From an uncultured Clostridium sp. (GTDB lineage: Bacteria > Bacillota > Clostridia > TANB77 > CAG-508): a stretch of 64,000 nt of DNA. The notes beneath the pieces are model-generated. The model was given only the letters and a program-made list of their open reading frames with translations, was not told where the DNA came from and did no database searches. The number at the start of each line of letters is the position of its first letter. The first letter of the stretch is position 1. Positions 40,913 to 51,949 of this stretch are shown here, piece by piece. The position numbers and the translations under genes were made by a program. Location of the stretch: NCBI GenBank assembly GCA_900553695.1, contig USEM01000003.1, positions 5,247-69,246 of the forward strand. Direction: 5' to 3'.

Positions 40913-41629
40913 ATGGACATTTATACAGAAAATTTTAAAGTTACTTTGCCAGATGTTGGTGAAAACAACTCAATTACAAATAAAGGTTTTTTAAGAATAT
41001 TTCAAGAAATTGGTTGCATTCATTCTAGTTTATTTGGTCGTGGGTTAAATGATGCTAAAAAAACTGGTTTATTTTGGGTTATATTAAATTGGAAATTAGA
41101 GGTCTTTTCAAGACCTAAATGGAATGAAACTTTAAAAGTTTCAACATGGTGTACAAAGCACACACATATTTACATTTATAGAGATTTTAAAGTTTATGAT
41201 AGTTCAAATAACGTAGTTGCTGTTGCAACATCTAGATGGATTTTATTTGATTTTAATAAAAAGCAAGTATTTAAAATTACTGAAGATTTTAAAGATAATT
41301 ATTGTCATTGTGTAGATGACAATGTGTTTTCTTCAAAAATGTGTGAGAAATTGCAAGAGCCTGGAAACAGTAAAGTAGCAGGTAAATATACTATTCAAAA
41401 AAGAGATATAGATTCAAATCATCATGTAAACAACCTAAACTACTTAGATTTTGCATATGAATTATTGCCTAAAAATGCAGAATTTAAGAACGTTGAAGTA
41501 ATGTATAAAAATGAAGCTAGACTTGGAGATACAATGAAACTTTATTATGGAGAAAAAGATGATGCAATTTTTATTACTATGAAAAATAGTATAGATGATA
41601 AATTGCATTGTATTGTTAAATTATATTGA
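40913..41629 (+). CDS. acyl-ACP thioesterase
   Basis: Double hot-dog FatA/B-type sequence (...DIDSNHHVNNLNYL...). ATG follows AGAAGGA. Confidence 0.85.
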   Translation: MDIYTENFKVTLPDVGENNSITNKGFLRIFQEIGCIHSSLFGRGLNDAKKTGLFWVILNWKLEVFSRPKWNETLKVSTWCTKHTHIYIYRDFKVYDSSNNVVAVATSRWILFDFNKKQVFKITEDFKDNYCHCVDDNVFSSKMCEKLQEPGNSKVAGKYTIQKRDIDSNHHVNNLNYLDFAYELLPKNAEFKNVEVMYKNEARLGDTMKLYYGEKDDAIFITMKNSIDDKLHCIVKLY

Positions 41630-41681
41630 TATCAGCTAAATTTAGAAGAAGTCCTACTTTTTAAGTAAGACTTCCTTTATT

Positions 41682-44600
41682 TTATACTATGTCTTTATAT
41701 TTCTTAATTCCAACTATTGATGTTCCAAATAGTGTTGTAAGACCAATTACACTAATAATAACTGTCTTCTTTCCTGTGTTTGGTAATTCTTTTCCTGAGT
41801 TAGTTTTGTCTACATTATTGTTTCCGGCTTGATTTTCATTATTATTTCCTGTTTGGTTGCCATTGTTATTTCCGCTTTGATTTCCATTGTTGTTTCCACC
41901 TTGGTTGCCATTGTTATTTCCGTTTTGGTTTCCATTGTTGTTACCGTCTTGATTTCCATTATTATTTCCATCATTTTCTTTTACAATGTAATTACATTTA
42001 TCACAATTTTTAGATGTTCCATTAGAATGGTTTTCTGTTATCTTGTAACTACAAACTGTACATGTTCCACTATGTGTTCCATCGCCATTGTCATTCCATT
42101 CTTTTACATTATGTGCTTCAGTTGTCCCTACTTGAACCAAATGACATTTTGTGCACTCCTGCCAATGTTCATCTTTATTAGATTTCCTTCTCCATATATG
42201 GTCACAATAAGTTGAATCTATTGTTCCACATTCTGTACATGTTCCGTCTTTAAAATTATGTTTGTTCTTTACACTATAGTTGCATATCTTGCACAATCCA
42301 ATATGTGTTCCGTCTCCATTGTCACCCCATGATGTAATTGTATGTTTTTCGACTGTGTCTTTTTGAATTAAATTACACTTATTACATTCTTTCCAATGCC
42401 CATCTTTGTTGTTTTTAAATACCCAATTGTGTTTACAAACTTCCTGGTCACCTTCTTTTGCACCACATTCTGTACATATTCCGTTTTCATAGTCATGTTC
42501 AGCGGTTACAACATAATTACATTTTGTACATGTTCCACTATGTGTGTTGTTTCCTTTATCTTCCCATTTGGTAATGATATGACTTTCTAAACTATTATCT
42601 TTTGTATAATAACATTTTGTACATTCTTCCCAATGTTCAACTGGATTACTTTTAAATTTCCAATCATGTATACATGCTGAATCTTCATTCACTTTACATT
42701 CCGTACAAATTCCGTCCTTAAAATTATGTGTATCTGTTTTTTTGTAGTTACAAACCGTACATGTTCCACTATGTGTTTCATCTCCATTGTTTTCCCATGT
42801 TGTAATTTTATGATTTTCAACTGTATCTTTCTGAGTAATATGACATTTGTCACATTCCTTCCAATGTTCTTCTCTATCACTTTTCATAACCCAATTATGT
42901 TCACAATTAGCACTTGAAACAGCTCCACATTCTGTGCATGTTCCACCGGTATAATTATGAGTTTGTGTTGCTTTACCATTACAAACTGTGCAAATTCCGC
43001 TATGTGTTTCATCTCCATTATCTGTCCATGTTGTTATATTATGATTTTCCAAGCTACCTTCTTTTGTAATATTACATTCGCTACATTCTTCCCAGTGTTC
43101 TAATGAATTGCTCTTCATTACCCATTTATGTTCACATGTTGTTGTTTCTGTTGCACCACATCGTGTACATGTATGACTACTGTTAAAATTATGATATTCG
43201 TTAATTACATAACTACAAACTGTACATGTTCCACTGTGTGTGTTATCTCCATTGTCTCTATATGCTGCAATATTATGGTTCTCAACACTTCCAGTTTTTG
43301 TAATATTACATAGGCTACATTCTTCCCAATGGTCTGTTGAATTACTTTTTGTTACCCATGTATGTTCACATGTTGTTCCAGACGTTGCTCCGCAAGCAGT
43401 ACATGTGCCACTACTATCCTCATGGGCTTTTGTTACAGTATAATTACAAATCGTACATGTTCCACTGTGTGTTCCATTTCCATTATCTGTATATGAATTA
43501 ACTGTATGTGCTTCCTGTGGATCAGACTTTGTTGATGTACAATTTGTACATTTATATATTGGAGTATGTCCATTAACATTTTTATTGTATGATGTAGGTG
43601 TATCACTATAATCATGTCCTGTTCGAGCTTGTATTACCACTTTACATTTTGTACATATTTGATCTGTTATACATGTTGCTGCTGGTCCTTTAGTATGTCC
43701 TGTCGCATTTGTTATAATTGCATTACATACTGTACATTTTTGTGCTGTTGTGCATGTTGCTGCTGGTCCTTTAGTATGTCCTGTCGCAGGTATCACTTTT
43801 TTCTCTGTGGCACAATAACTACAATATCCACATTTTGTGTAACTTGACCATCCATCTGCTGTACATGATGCTGCCTTACCTTGAACTCTATACAATTTGT
43901 GACTTTTTGTTGTTGTCTCATTACAATTTGCACACTTCCATTTACAGCCAGATGCTCCATCTGCAGTTCCTGTTGCAACAGTATATGAGTGTTCTTTTTT
44001 TGATAATGGCTGTGCTTTTTTTAGTACCGTTCTACATTTTTTGCATCTTGTTGATTCCGAATATCCTTCTTGTGAACAAGTTGGTGTTTTACCTGGTATA
44101 GTTTCTACTTCATGTGCCTTATTAGTTATTGAATTACATCTTGTGCATGCATATTCACATCCAGCAGGAGTGCCACCTATTAGATTAGTATAATTATGCC
44201 CTTGTGCTGGAATTGTTGTTTTTGGTTTAGAATAATAATCACAATACTTACATTTTATATAATCACTATATCCTGCACTTTCACATGTTGCTTCCTTTCC
44301 TTGAACTCTTGCTAATTGATGGCTTCCAGTTTGTTTCTTACATATAGAACAAGTCTGTATACAACCATTAGCCTTCCATGAGTGTCCTGCGGCTGAGCCC
44401 TGCTTTAATCCACAATTTATACAAGTTTCTGGTTCAGTACATGTTGCATCCTTAAAAACATGCTCCTTTCTTGTTTGTAAAACTTTTCCACATTTCTTGC
44501 ATATTGATGCTTTTGTACACGTTGCTCCTCCATCTGATTCATGTCCTAATGCTGCTTGAAGTACCTTTCCACATCTATTACATGTTTGTGGCGTTGTACA

Positions 44601-45105
44601 TGTTGCTGCCGCTCCTGGGGCATGTCCATAAGGTCCTCGCTCTGTTTCATGACATTTTGTACAATATTTTGCTGTTGTACATGTTGCATCAACCCAAGTA
44701 TGTCCTAATGCCGAACCAGTTGTTGCTCCACATCTTGTACATTTTTTTGGTTTTGTACATGTTGCTGGACTATAGTTGTGTTTATATGCTGCTTGAAGGA
44801 CCTTTCCACATTTATTACATATTTGTGACGTTGTACATGTTGCTGCTGGTCCTTTAACATGTCCTGTTGCTTTATATTCCGTATATCCAGTTGTTAGACC
44901 ACAACCTGTACATTTTGTATATGCACTATGTCCATTTGTTGTGCATGTTGCCGCTTTAGCAGCATATGAATTTATTTTTGATCCGACACCTATAGCAGTT
45001 TGCAGCTAAAACTTCATTCTTTAGAAGTTTATTTACTACTAGAATTGCTACTCCGCAAATTAAAATAACAATTAATACTAATATTACATTTTTCTTAAGT
45101 TTCAT
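41682..45105 (-). CDS. LPXTG-anchored surface protein made of CxxC-rich tandem repeats; signal peptide joined to the body via CGG (44983-44985) +1 change
   Basis: ATG at 45105 after GGAGTG gives MKLKKNVILVLIVILICGVAIL.... After TGT-CGG-A the +1 frame is open for about 1,100 codons, though it has no ATG/GTG/TTG for the first about 370. The junction reads CYRC-G-SKI, matching the repeat motif CxxCG. C-terminus: LPNTG, a TM segment, then KKYKDIV. Confidence 0.75.
41816..41975 (-). repeat. seven to eight tandem 21-bp repeats encoding GNNNGNQ heptads (stalk before LPNTG)
   Basis: Protein tail DGNNNGNQDGNNNGNQNGNNNGNQGGNNNGNQSGNNNGNQTGNNNENQAGNNN. Confidence 0.8.
41976..43370 (-). repeat. six tandem about 234-bp (about 78-aa) coding repeats C.H.W..KSN..EHW.EC..C......E.H.I..W.DNGD.THSG.CT.C.Y.....HN...G.CT.CG
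   Basis: The repeat units are visible in the 737-aa ORF translation from residue 176 to about 640. Confidence 0.8.
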
Positions 45106-45284
45106 TTTATCACACTCCATCTATTTATACATAGTGTAGCATATTTATACTTTTAAGTAAATATTTTTAAATAACATGTCAAAAATGTCATAAATTTGTC
45201 ATATTCTTGTAACATTTCTCAGTAAAAAATTAAAAACAACAGATTTTAGTTTCTGTTGTTTTTATTGTTTATATCACTTTATAC

Positions 45285-46112
45285 TTATGCTGTCTTTAAT
45301 TCTAGTCTTAACTTATCAGCTATCATTGCAATGAATTCTGAATTTGTTGGTTTGCCTTTACTTGCTGATATTGTGTAGCCGAAGATGTTTTCTACTGCTT
45401 CGTTTTTTCCTCTTGCCCATGCTACTTCTATGGCATGGCGAATTGCTCTTTCTACTCTACTTGGTGTTGTTCCATATCTTTCTGCTATTGCAGGATATAG
45501 TTGTTTTGTTATTTGATTAATTACGTCTATATCTTGTACTACAACCATTATTGCTTCTCTTAAATATTGGTAACCTTTAATATGTGCTGGTACTCCAATT
45601 TCATGAATTATATTTGTTACAAGTGCTTCTAAGTTTTCTTGGTTCTTTTTATCCATTTCGTTTATTTCTATGTATTGTGACTTGATTTCCCTTGATGTAT
45701 AACAGTTGTCTAAGTTTGATGTTGGTGTTGGTTTATAATTTTTTATATCTCTTATTCTATTTATTAGTACTTCAATATCAAATGGTTTTACTACATAATA
45801 TTCTGCACCCAAACTGATTGCTTTTTGTGTTATTTTTGTTTGTCCCACGGCTGATAGCATTATACAGGTTGGCATTTTTTCTATTTTTGCTGCATTTAAT
45901 TTCTCCAAAACTCCAAGTCCATCTAGATATGGCATTATAACATCTAATAGTAATACATCTGGCTTTAGGCTAGTAACTTTTTCACACGCTTCCTTTCCGT
46001 CTCTGGCTACTCCTATAACCTCCATATCTTTTTGTACACTTAAGTGTTCTACTAAAGTTTCTGCAAATTCTGGGTTGTCATCTGCAATTAAAATAGTAAT
46101 CTTTTCGTTCAA
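45285..46112 (-). CDS. spo0A: sporulation master regulator Spo0A
   Basis: Receiver domain (DDN...D...LLLDVIMP) plus the Spo0A C-terminal DNA-binding domain ([18 protein letters not shown]...[14 protein letters not shown]). TTG start after AGGAGGT. Confidence 0.95.
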   Translation of the reverse strand: MNEKITILIADDNPEFAETLVEHLSVQKDMEVIGVARDGKEACEKVTSLKPDVLLLDVIMPYLDGLGVLEKLNAAKIEKMPTCIMLSAVGQTKITQKAISLGAEYYVVKPFDIEVLINRIRDIKNYKPTPTSNLDNCYTSREIKSQYIEINEMDKKNQENLEALVTNIIHEIGVPAHIKGYQYLREAIMVVVQDIDVINQITKQLYPAIAERYGTTPSRVERAIRHAIEVAWARGKNEAVENIFGYTISASKGKPTNSEFIAMIADKLRLELKTA

Positions 46113-46156
46113 TTTGATACCTCCTAAAAAATAATTGTAAAAATTTTACAGTTTTC

Positions 46157-46185
46157 ATTATAATACCTTTTTACCAATAATGCAA
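46157..46185 (-). promoter_or_regulatory. sigma-A-type promoter upstream of spo0A
   Basis: Minus strand reads TTGCAT-17 nt-TATAAT, about 45 nt upstream of the start codon. Confidence 0.5.
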
Positions 46186-46225
46186 GGCTTTTTTTGAAAA
46201 TATTTCCAATTATATGAGTTTTGCC

Positions 46226-46862
46226 TTATATTTCAACGAATTTTTCTTTTATAATATCAAATTTTGAAATATTAAAATTGTTATTATAATTATTTGTAAA
46301 TTGTTCTATACACTTTTTTTGCATATCTACAATTATTTCTATATTTTCTAAATATTCTATGTTTAATACTTTTATATTCATCTTTTCCAAGGTATATTTC
46401 AATGCTTCTAAGTTACTATAATCAACATTTATCTTTGCTTCATACCCCATTGTTTTTTGGATAATTTCTGCTTTTTTAAGAGCTTCTTCAGTCGCCCCTG
46501 AGTAGCATCTAACTAAGCCACCTGTTCCTAAGAGTATTCCTCCAAAATATCTTGTTACAACTACTAAAATATTTGATAATCCTTTTTCTAAGATCATTTT
46601 TAATATAGGTGCACCTGCTGTGCCTGATGGCTCTCCATCATCATTGTATTTTACAGCTATTCCACCGTTTTCCCACTTCTATAGCATATGCAAAGCAGTT
46701 ATGCCTTGCATCTCCATATTTTTTCTTTACTTGTTTTATATAATTTTCAGCTTCTTCAACACTTTCTACATAAAAAATATTTGCTATAAATCTTGATTTT
46801 TTCTCTGTTATTTCTGCTGTTACGTTTTCTTTTATTGTTTTAAAAATTATATTTTCTTCTAT
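46226..46862 (-). CDS. yigZ: YigZ/IMPACT family protein, read through CGG (46665-46667) +1 change; start codon unresolved
   Basis: The upstream frame reads ...EKKSRFIANIFYVESVEEAENYIKQVKKKYGDARHNCFAYAIEVGK. After AAA-CGG-T the +1 frame gives G-GIAVKYNDDGEPSGTAGAPILKMILEKG...VVVTRYFGG. There is no ATG/GTG/TTG at the 5' end. An ATA at 46862 overlaps the upstream TAG. Confidence 0.65.
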
Positions 46863-47908
46863 CTTTCATCATCTCTTTCTTCAATTCGTTCTATCATTAT
46901 ATCAACAGCTGATGCATCATCAAATGCTAAGATGTTATCTTCTCTTTGTGTTTGTTTTGATGTTCCTTTTACTCCTCTGTTTTCATTTATGCATAATGGG
47001 TCTATTTCTGCTAACCTTCTATTTGCCCTAATTGCATAACCTAAATCTTTATCGTTATTTAATATTTCCACTGGAAAGCCATCTGAAAATAGCCTTATGT
47101 GTCTTACATCTTCAGGTAAATCTTGAACTATACAATTTTTACTTTCAGTTTTTATTCCATTGAAAACAGAATAACCATATTCATTTGCGTTTGGGTTGTT
47201 TTTAAAGTATTCTTGTAATTTCTTAGGTGTATTATATTTTTGTAGTAAATTGCCTTCTTCAATTTCTTCTTCTGAAAACCCGCATTTTAATAAGGTTTCA
47301 TGCATTGTTGTTTGAATAGTTTCTTCTATTTTTTGCATAACACTTTTGTCTTGAATAACTTCTGGTATTTTTTCGGGTTCTTTTATAAACTCTTTGGAAA
47401 TATCTCTTTTAAATAAATCTCTTTCTGTATATCCGTTTTCTAATAAAATATTTATTATCCTTGCTCTTAGCTCAGCATATATTTCATCAATTTTTAGTTC
47501 ATTTTGAATTACTTTTCCATCATAAATTGCTCTACAGTCTCCAACTAACCATATTTGATTATGAACCCTTGAATATATTGCACCTGTTGCTTCTAAGGGG
47601 TCTTTAGAAAGGTCATATCCTATATGTTCACAATATTTTTTAATGTATAAATTTACCCAATCTGTAAATTTTTCAAACTCTAATTCTTTTGCATAATTTG
47701 GTGCATGCTTTCCATCTAGCTTTCTTATTGCTTCTGTAATAATATTTGCAACCCCAATTTTCTTGCCATCTCTTTCAATTGTACTTTTGTTTGAAACTCC
47801 ATCTATTACAACAGCGTAATTTTCGCCAATATATATGTCATCATCATTTTTCCCTGGGCATTTTCCTATTGATGTTGATTCGACATTTTTTATTCGTCTG
47901 TTTTGCAT
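46859..47908 (-). CDS. hypothetical protein with weak PP2C-like phosphatase motifs
   Basis: 349-aa ORF. AVVIDGVS and LFSDGF resemble PPM metal-binding motifs. The assignment is tentative. Confidence 0.4.
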   Translation of the reverse strand: MQNRRIKNVESTSIGKCPGKNDDDIYIGENYAVVIDGVSNKSTIERDGKKIGVANIITEAIRKLDGKHAPNYAKELEFEKFTDWVNLYIKKYCEHIGYDLSKDPLEATGAIYSRVHNQIWLVGDCRAIYDGKVIQNELKIDEIYAELRARIINILLENGYTERDLFKRDISKEFIKEPEKIPEVIQDKSVMQKIEETIQTTMHETLLKCGFSEEEIEEGNLLQKYNTPKKLQEYFKNNPNANEYGYSVFNGIKTESKNCIVQDLPEDVRHIRLFSDGFPVEILNNDKDLGYAIRANRRLAEIDPLCINENRGVKGTSKQTQREDNILAFDDASAVDIMIERIEERDDER

Positions 47909-47923
47909 AAAAACTTCCTCCTT

Positions 47924-49180
47924 TTAATTTTGGGCTGCTACATATCCTGTTGACCATGCAATTTGAAGGTTAAACCCTCCTGTGAATGCATCTAAATCGA
48001 TTATTTCTCCTGCAAAGTATAAGCCTTGTATTAGCTTTGATTCCATTGTTTTTGGGTTTATTTCCTTTATACTTATTCCACCTTTGGTTACAATTGCTTC
48101 TTCAATTCCCCTAAAACCATTTATAGTAAGTTCTAAGTTCTTTAGATTTTTTACTATTGTTTTCCTTTCTTCCTTTGTTATTTCATTTATTCTTTTTTCT
48201 GGGTCTATTCCTATAATTGATACCATAGGTTCTACCATTTTCTTGGGTAGCAATAGCCATAAACTGTTTTTAAATTGCTTGTTTTTTAGTTCTTCAAAAT
48301 CTCTTAGTATTCTATTATCTAACTTTTCTTCGTCTAACGCTGGTTTTAAATCTATATGAATTTTTACTTTGTTTTCTTTTAATAATTCATCAATATTTTT
48401 GTACCTAATTAATACTGCAGAAGCACTTAAAATTATAGGTCCAGATATACCATAATGTGTAAATAGCATTTCGCCAAAGTCTTCATATATAACTTTATTG
48501 TTTTCTGTTATTTTAACTTTAACGTTTCTTAATGATAAACCTTGCATTTCTTGGCACAGTCTTTTTGATTCTCCATTGCAAGTTAATGGTACAAGTGATG
48601 GTTTTAAGCTTGTAATTGTATGTCCTAAGTCTTTTGCCATTTTATATCCATCTCCTGTTGAACCTGTAACTGGATAACTTTTTCCTCCTGTTGTAAGTAT
48701 TATTTTATCTGCCATTATTTTTTCTATTTTGCCATTATTTTTGCCTTCAATTCCTGTTGAAACACTACCTTCCGTAAGAATTTTTGTAACTTCAAAATTT
48801 GTTTTTATTGTAACGTTTAGTTCTTTTAATTTTTTTAAAAAAGCATTTAGAACATCTTCTGCTTTATCTGAAACAGGAAAAACTCTACCTCCTCTTTCAA
48901 CTTTTGTTGCAACACCCTGTTTATTTAGGAAACTTATAATGTCATTGTTGGTAAATCTACTGAAACTACTATAAAGGAACTTTGAATTCTCTGGTATATT
49001 TTTCATAAATTCATCCATTTCTGCTGAATTTGTGATATTGCATCTTCCTTTTCCAGTAATTAACAATTTTTTACCAAGTTTTTCCATTTTTTCTAATAAA
49101 ATTACTTCATTACCATTTTCAGCTGAAGTTACTGCAGACATCATTCCAGCAGGTCCTCCGTCCAATTACTATAACTTTCA
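47924..49180 (-). CDS. HI0933/BaiN-type NAD(P)/FAD-dependent oxidoreductase, N-terminus joined via CGG (49157-49159) +1 change
   Basis: ATG at 49180 after AAAGGA gives MKVIVIG-CGG. The +1 frame rebuilds the dinucleotide-binding motif VIVIG-G-GPAGMM. Confidence 0.8.
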
Positions 49181-49198
49181 TTATATTTTCCTTTCTTT

Positions 49199-50446
49199 TT
49201 ATTCGCATATTCTTGATATTGCTTTTAAAACTCCTAATTTTCCATATTCATATGTTAAGCCACCTTGCAAAAATGCTGTATATGGTGGGCGTATTGGTGC
49301 ATCGCAAGATAATTCGATTGATGAACCTTGCACAAATGTACCTGCTGCCATTATTACTTTATCTGTATAACCTGGCATTTCCCATGGTTCTGGTACTGAA
49401 TTTGAATCTACCGGGGAACCCACTTGTATACCTTGGCAGAATTTTATTAGCTTTTGCTCATCTTTAAAATTGATAAGTTGCACTATATCTGTTCTTTTTT
49501 CATTATATTTTGGTGATACTTCATATCCTAATTTTTCAAGCATTCTACTTGCAAAAATAGCTGTTTTAACACTGCTTGCTACAACGCTTGGTGCAAAGAA
49601 AAGTCCCTGTAATATTTGTTTATTTATACCAAGTGTTGGTCCTATTTCTTTTCCTTGACCTGGTACAGTAAGTCTTTCGCTTGCAAGTTCTACTAAATCT
49701 TTTCTTCCTGCTATATATGCACCATTTGGAGCCAAGCCTCCTCCTAGGTTTTTAATAAGTGAACCTACTATTAAGTCTGCTCCAAGTGATGTTGGTTCTA
49801 TTGTGTCTACAAGTTCTCCATAGCAGTTATCTACCATTATTATCGCTTCTTTGTTTACTTCTCTTATTTTGCTTATTATATTTTTTATACTTTCTAGTGA
49901 TAGACTCTTTCTTAATGCATAGCCTCTAGATCTTTGCATACAAATAAGTTTTACATTGCCTTGGTCAACTCTATTTACTATTTTTTCTGTATCAAATTCA
50001 TCTCCAATTAAATCTATTTGTTCATATTTTACTCCATAGCTTTTAAGTGAGCTTGCATTTTCTTCTATTCCTATTACTCTATCTAATGTATCATATGGTT
50101 TCCCATTTATGCTAAGCATTGTGTCTCCTGGACGTAGCATTGAAAATAGAGCCACTGTTAATGCATGTGTGCCAGAAATAAATTGATTTCTAACTAAGCT
50201 ATCTTCTGCTCCTAACACTTCTGCAAAGATGTTTTCAATAGTATCTCTTCCAACATCTCCATAGCCATACCCTGTAGTCATACCAAAATGCATATCTGAT
50301 AAATTGTATTTTTGAAATGCCATTAATACTTTCAAACTATTTTCTTCTTTTATTTTATCTACTTTTTCAAATTCTGGTTTTAGTTCTTCTTCTACTTCGT
50401 TTGCTAAGTTTATTATTTTATCTTGTATTCCAAATTTTTCGTACAT
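49199..50446 (-). CDS. YnbB/aluminium-resistance family PLP-dependent enzyme (Met gamma-lyase-like)
   Basis: 415 aa. N-terminal ...SLKVLMAFQKYNLSDMHFGMTTGYGYGD... is typical of the family. Confidence 0.85.
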   Translation of the reverse strand: MYEKFGIQDKIINLANEVEEELKPEFEKVDKIKEENSLKVLMAFQKYNLSDMHFGMTTGYGYGDVGRDTIENIFAEVLGAEDSLVRNQFISGTHALTVALFSMLRPGDTMLSINGKPYDTLDRVIGIEENASSLKSYGVKYEQIDLIGDEFDTEKIVNRVDQGNVKLICMQRSRGYALRKSLSLESIKNIISKIREVNKEAIIMVDNCYGELVDTIEPTSLGADLIVGSLIKNLGGGLAPNGAYIAGRKDLVELASERLTVPGQGKEIGPTLGINKQILQGLFFAPSVVASSVKTAIFASRMLEKLGYEVSPKYNEKRTDIVQLINFKDEQKLIKFCQGIQVGSPVDSNSVPEPWEMPGYTDKVIMAAGTFVQGSSIELSCDAPIRPPYTAFLQGGLTYEYGKLGVLKAISRICE

Positions 50447-50492
50447 ATTATCCCCCTTTAGTGAAAAATGGACGACTTAACTTAAAGTCGCC

Positions 50493-51833
50493 CTACTCAT
50501 CTTCTTCCTCTTCTTCGTTTTCGTCTTTGTCATCTAGTGTTTTGTTTTTACATGCCTTTACCCAAAGAATTCTTTTCTCTTCATATTCTTCTATTTTATA
50601 TGTTACTTTTTCTGTTTCTATTACAGGCTTTTCATTATCTTGTGGTATTCTTCCAAGAAGCTCTATTAGGTAACCAGATAATGTATCATAATCACCTTCT
50701 GGTATATCTACTCCTAATATTTTTCTTAAGTCATATATGCTTACACTTCCATCTATCATGAATGTGTTTTCGTCTATTTGTTCAAAGTCTTTTTCTTCAT
50801 CATCATATTCATCAAATATATTACCAACAAGTTCTTCTATTATATCTTCCATTGTGATAATTCCGGCTGTTCCGCCATATTCATCTAATACAATAGCAAG
50901 TTGTTGCTTATCTCTTTGCATTTCTTTAAATAATTCATTAATTGGCTTAGTATCTGCAACAAAGTATGCTGGTCTCATGATTTTCTTTATCTTTACTTCT
51001 TTTTTAGTATATGCATATGCAAGTAAGTCTTTTATAAATAGTACACCAACTATATTATCAATTGTATCGTCGTATACAGGAATTCTACTATATTTGTACT
51101 CTTTTAAGTCTGCTAATATATCTTCAATTTTTGAAGAAACATCTATTCCGTATACTTCTGTTCTATGAATCATAACATCTGAAACTGTTTTATCATTAAA
51201 TTCAAAAACGTTATTTAAAAGTTCCTTTTCTTCTTCTTCAATAGAACCCTTTTCTTCTCCAACATCTATCATCATTCTAATTTCTTCTTCAGTAACTGTG
51301 TTTTCATCTTGTGGACCTATGCCAAATAATTTACAAATTAGGTTTGTTGAGAAATTCAAGAAATTTACTATTGGTAATGTAATTATATGTATAAATCTAA
51401 TTATTCCAATTGTTCCAAAAGCAATTTTTTCTGGGTTTTTCATTGCCATTCTTTTTGGAACAAGCTCTCCAAATACAAGTGAAAAGTATGAAAGAATAAT
51501 TGTTATAATAACAATTGAAATTGTGTTCCATGCATTAACCCCTAGGTCTATCCAACTGTTTAATTTTGGTGCTAATTCACTAGCAAACGCATCTGCTGCA
51601 AACGCACTTGATAGAAACCCTGCTAAGGTAATTCCTATCTGTATAGTTGCCAAGAACTTACTTGGCTCTTTAATCATCTTTTTAATTCTCTTTGCCTTCT
51701 TATCTCCCTCTTTTGCTTGTCTATCAATCTTTGCATCATTCAAAGATATAAACGCAATTTCTGCAGCTGCAAAAAAAGCATTAACAAAGATTAATATGGC
51801 TAAAACTAACAGTGAAATCATTTTTTGTTTCAC
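50493..51833 (-). CDS. CNNM/TlyC family hemolysin-like transporter (DUF21-CBS-CorC_HlyC)
   Basis: N-terminal four-TM DUF21 domain, a CBS pair, a CorC_HlyC C-terminus and an acidic tail. Confidence 0.9.
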   Translation of the reverse strand: MKQKMISLLVLAILIFVNAFFAAAEIAFISLNDAKIDRQAKEGDKKAKRIKKMIKEPSKFLATIQIGITLAGFLSSAFAADAFASELAPKLNSWIDLGVNAWNTISIVIITIILSYFSLVFGELVPKRMAMKNPEKIAFGTIGIIRFIHIITLPIVNFLNFSTNLICKLFGIGPQDENTVTEEEIRMMIDVGEEKGSIEEEEKELLNNVFEFNDKTVSDVMIHRTEVYGIDVSSKIEDILADLKEYKYSRIPVYDDTIDNIVGVLFIKDLLAYAYTKKEVKIKKIMRPAYFVADTKPINELFKEMQRDKQQLAIVLDEYGGTAGIITMEDIIEELVGNIFDEYDDEEKDFEQIDENTFMIDGSVSIYDLRKILGVDIPEGDYDTLSGYLIELLGRIPQDNEKPVIETEKVTYKIEEYEEKRILWVKACKNKTLDDKDENEEEEEDE

Positions 51834-51949
51834 TTACTCCTTTCTTGCGGTTAAAATCAATTTCTATTATATAATGGATTGCTCTAAATGTCAAGACTAG
51901 AAGGATAAAAGTAGAGGTGTATTACATACACCTCCAATATTTTCAATGA

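Noticed and set aside
41816-43370. Tandem repeats considered as a possible CRISPR array.
   Set aside because: The repeats are contiguous with no spacers, are in frame, and encode the repeat units of the LPXTG protein.
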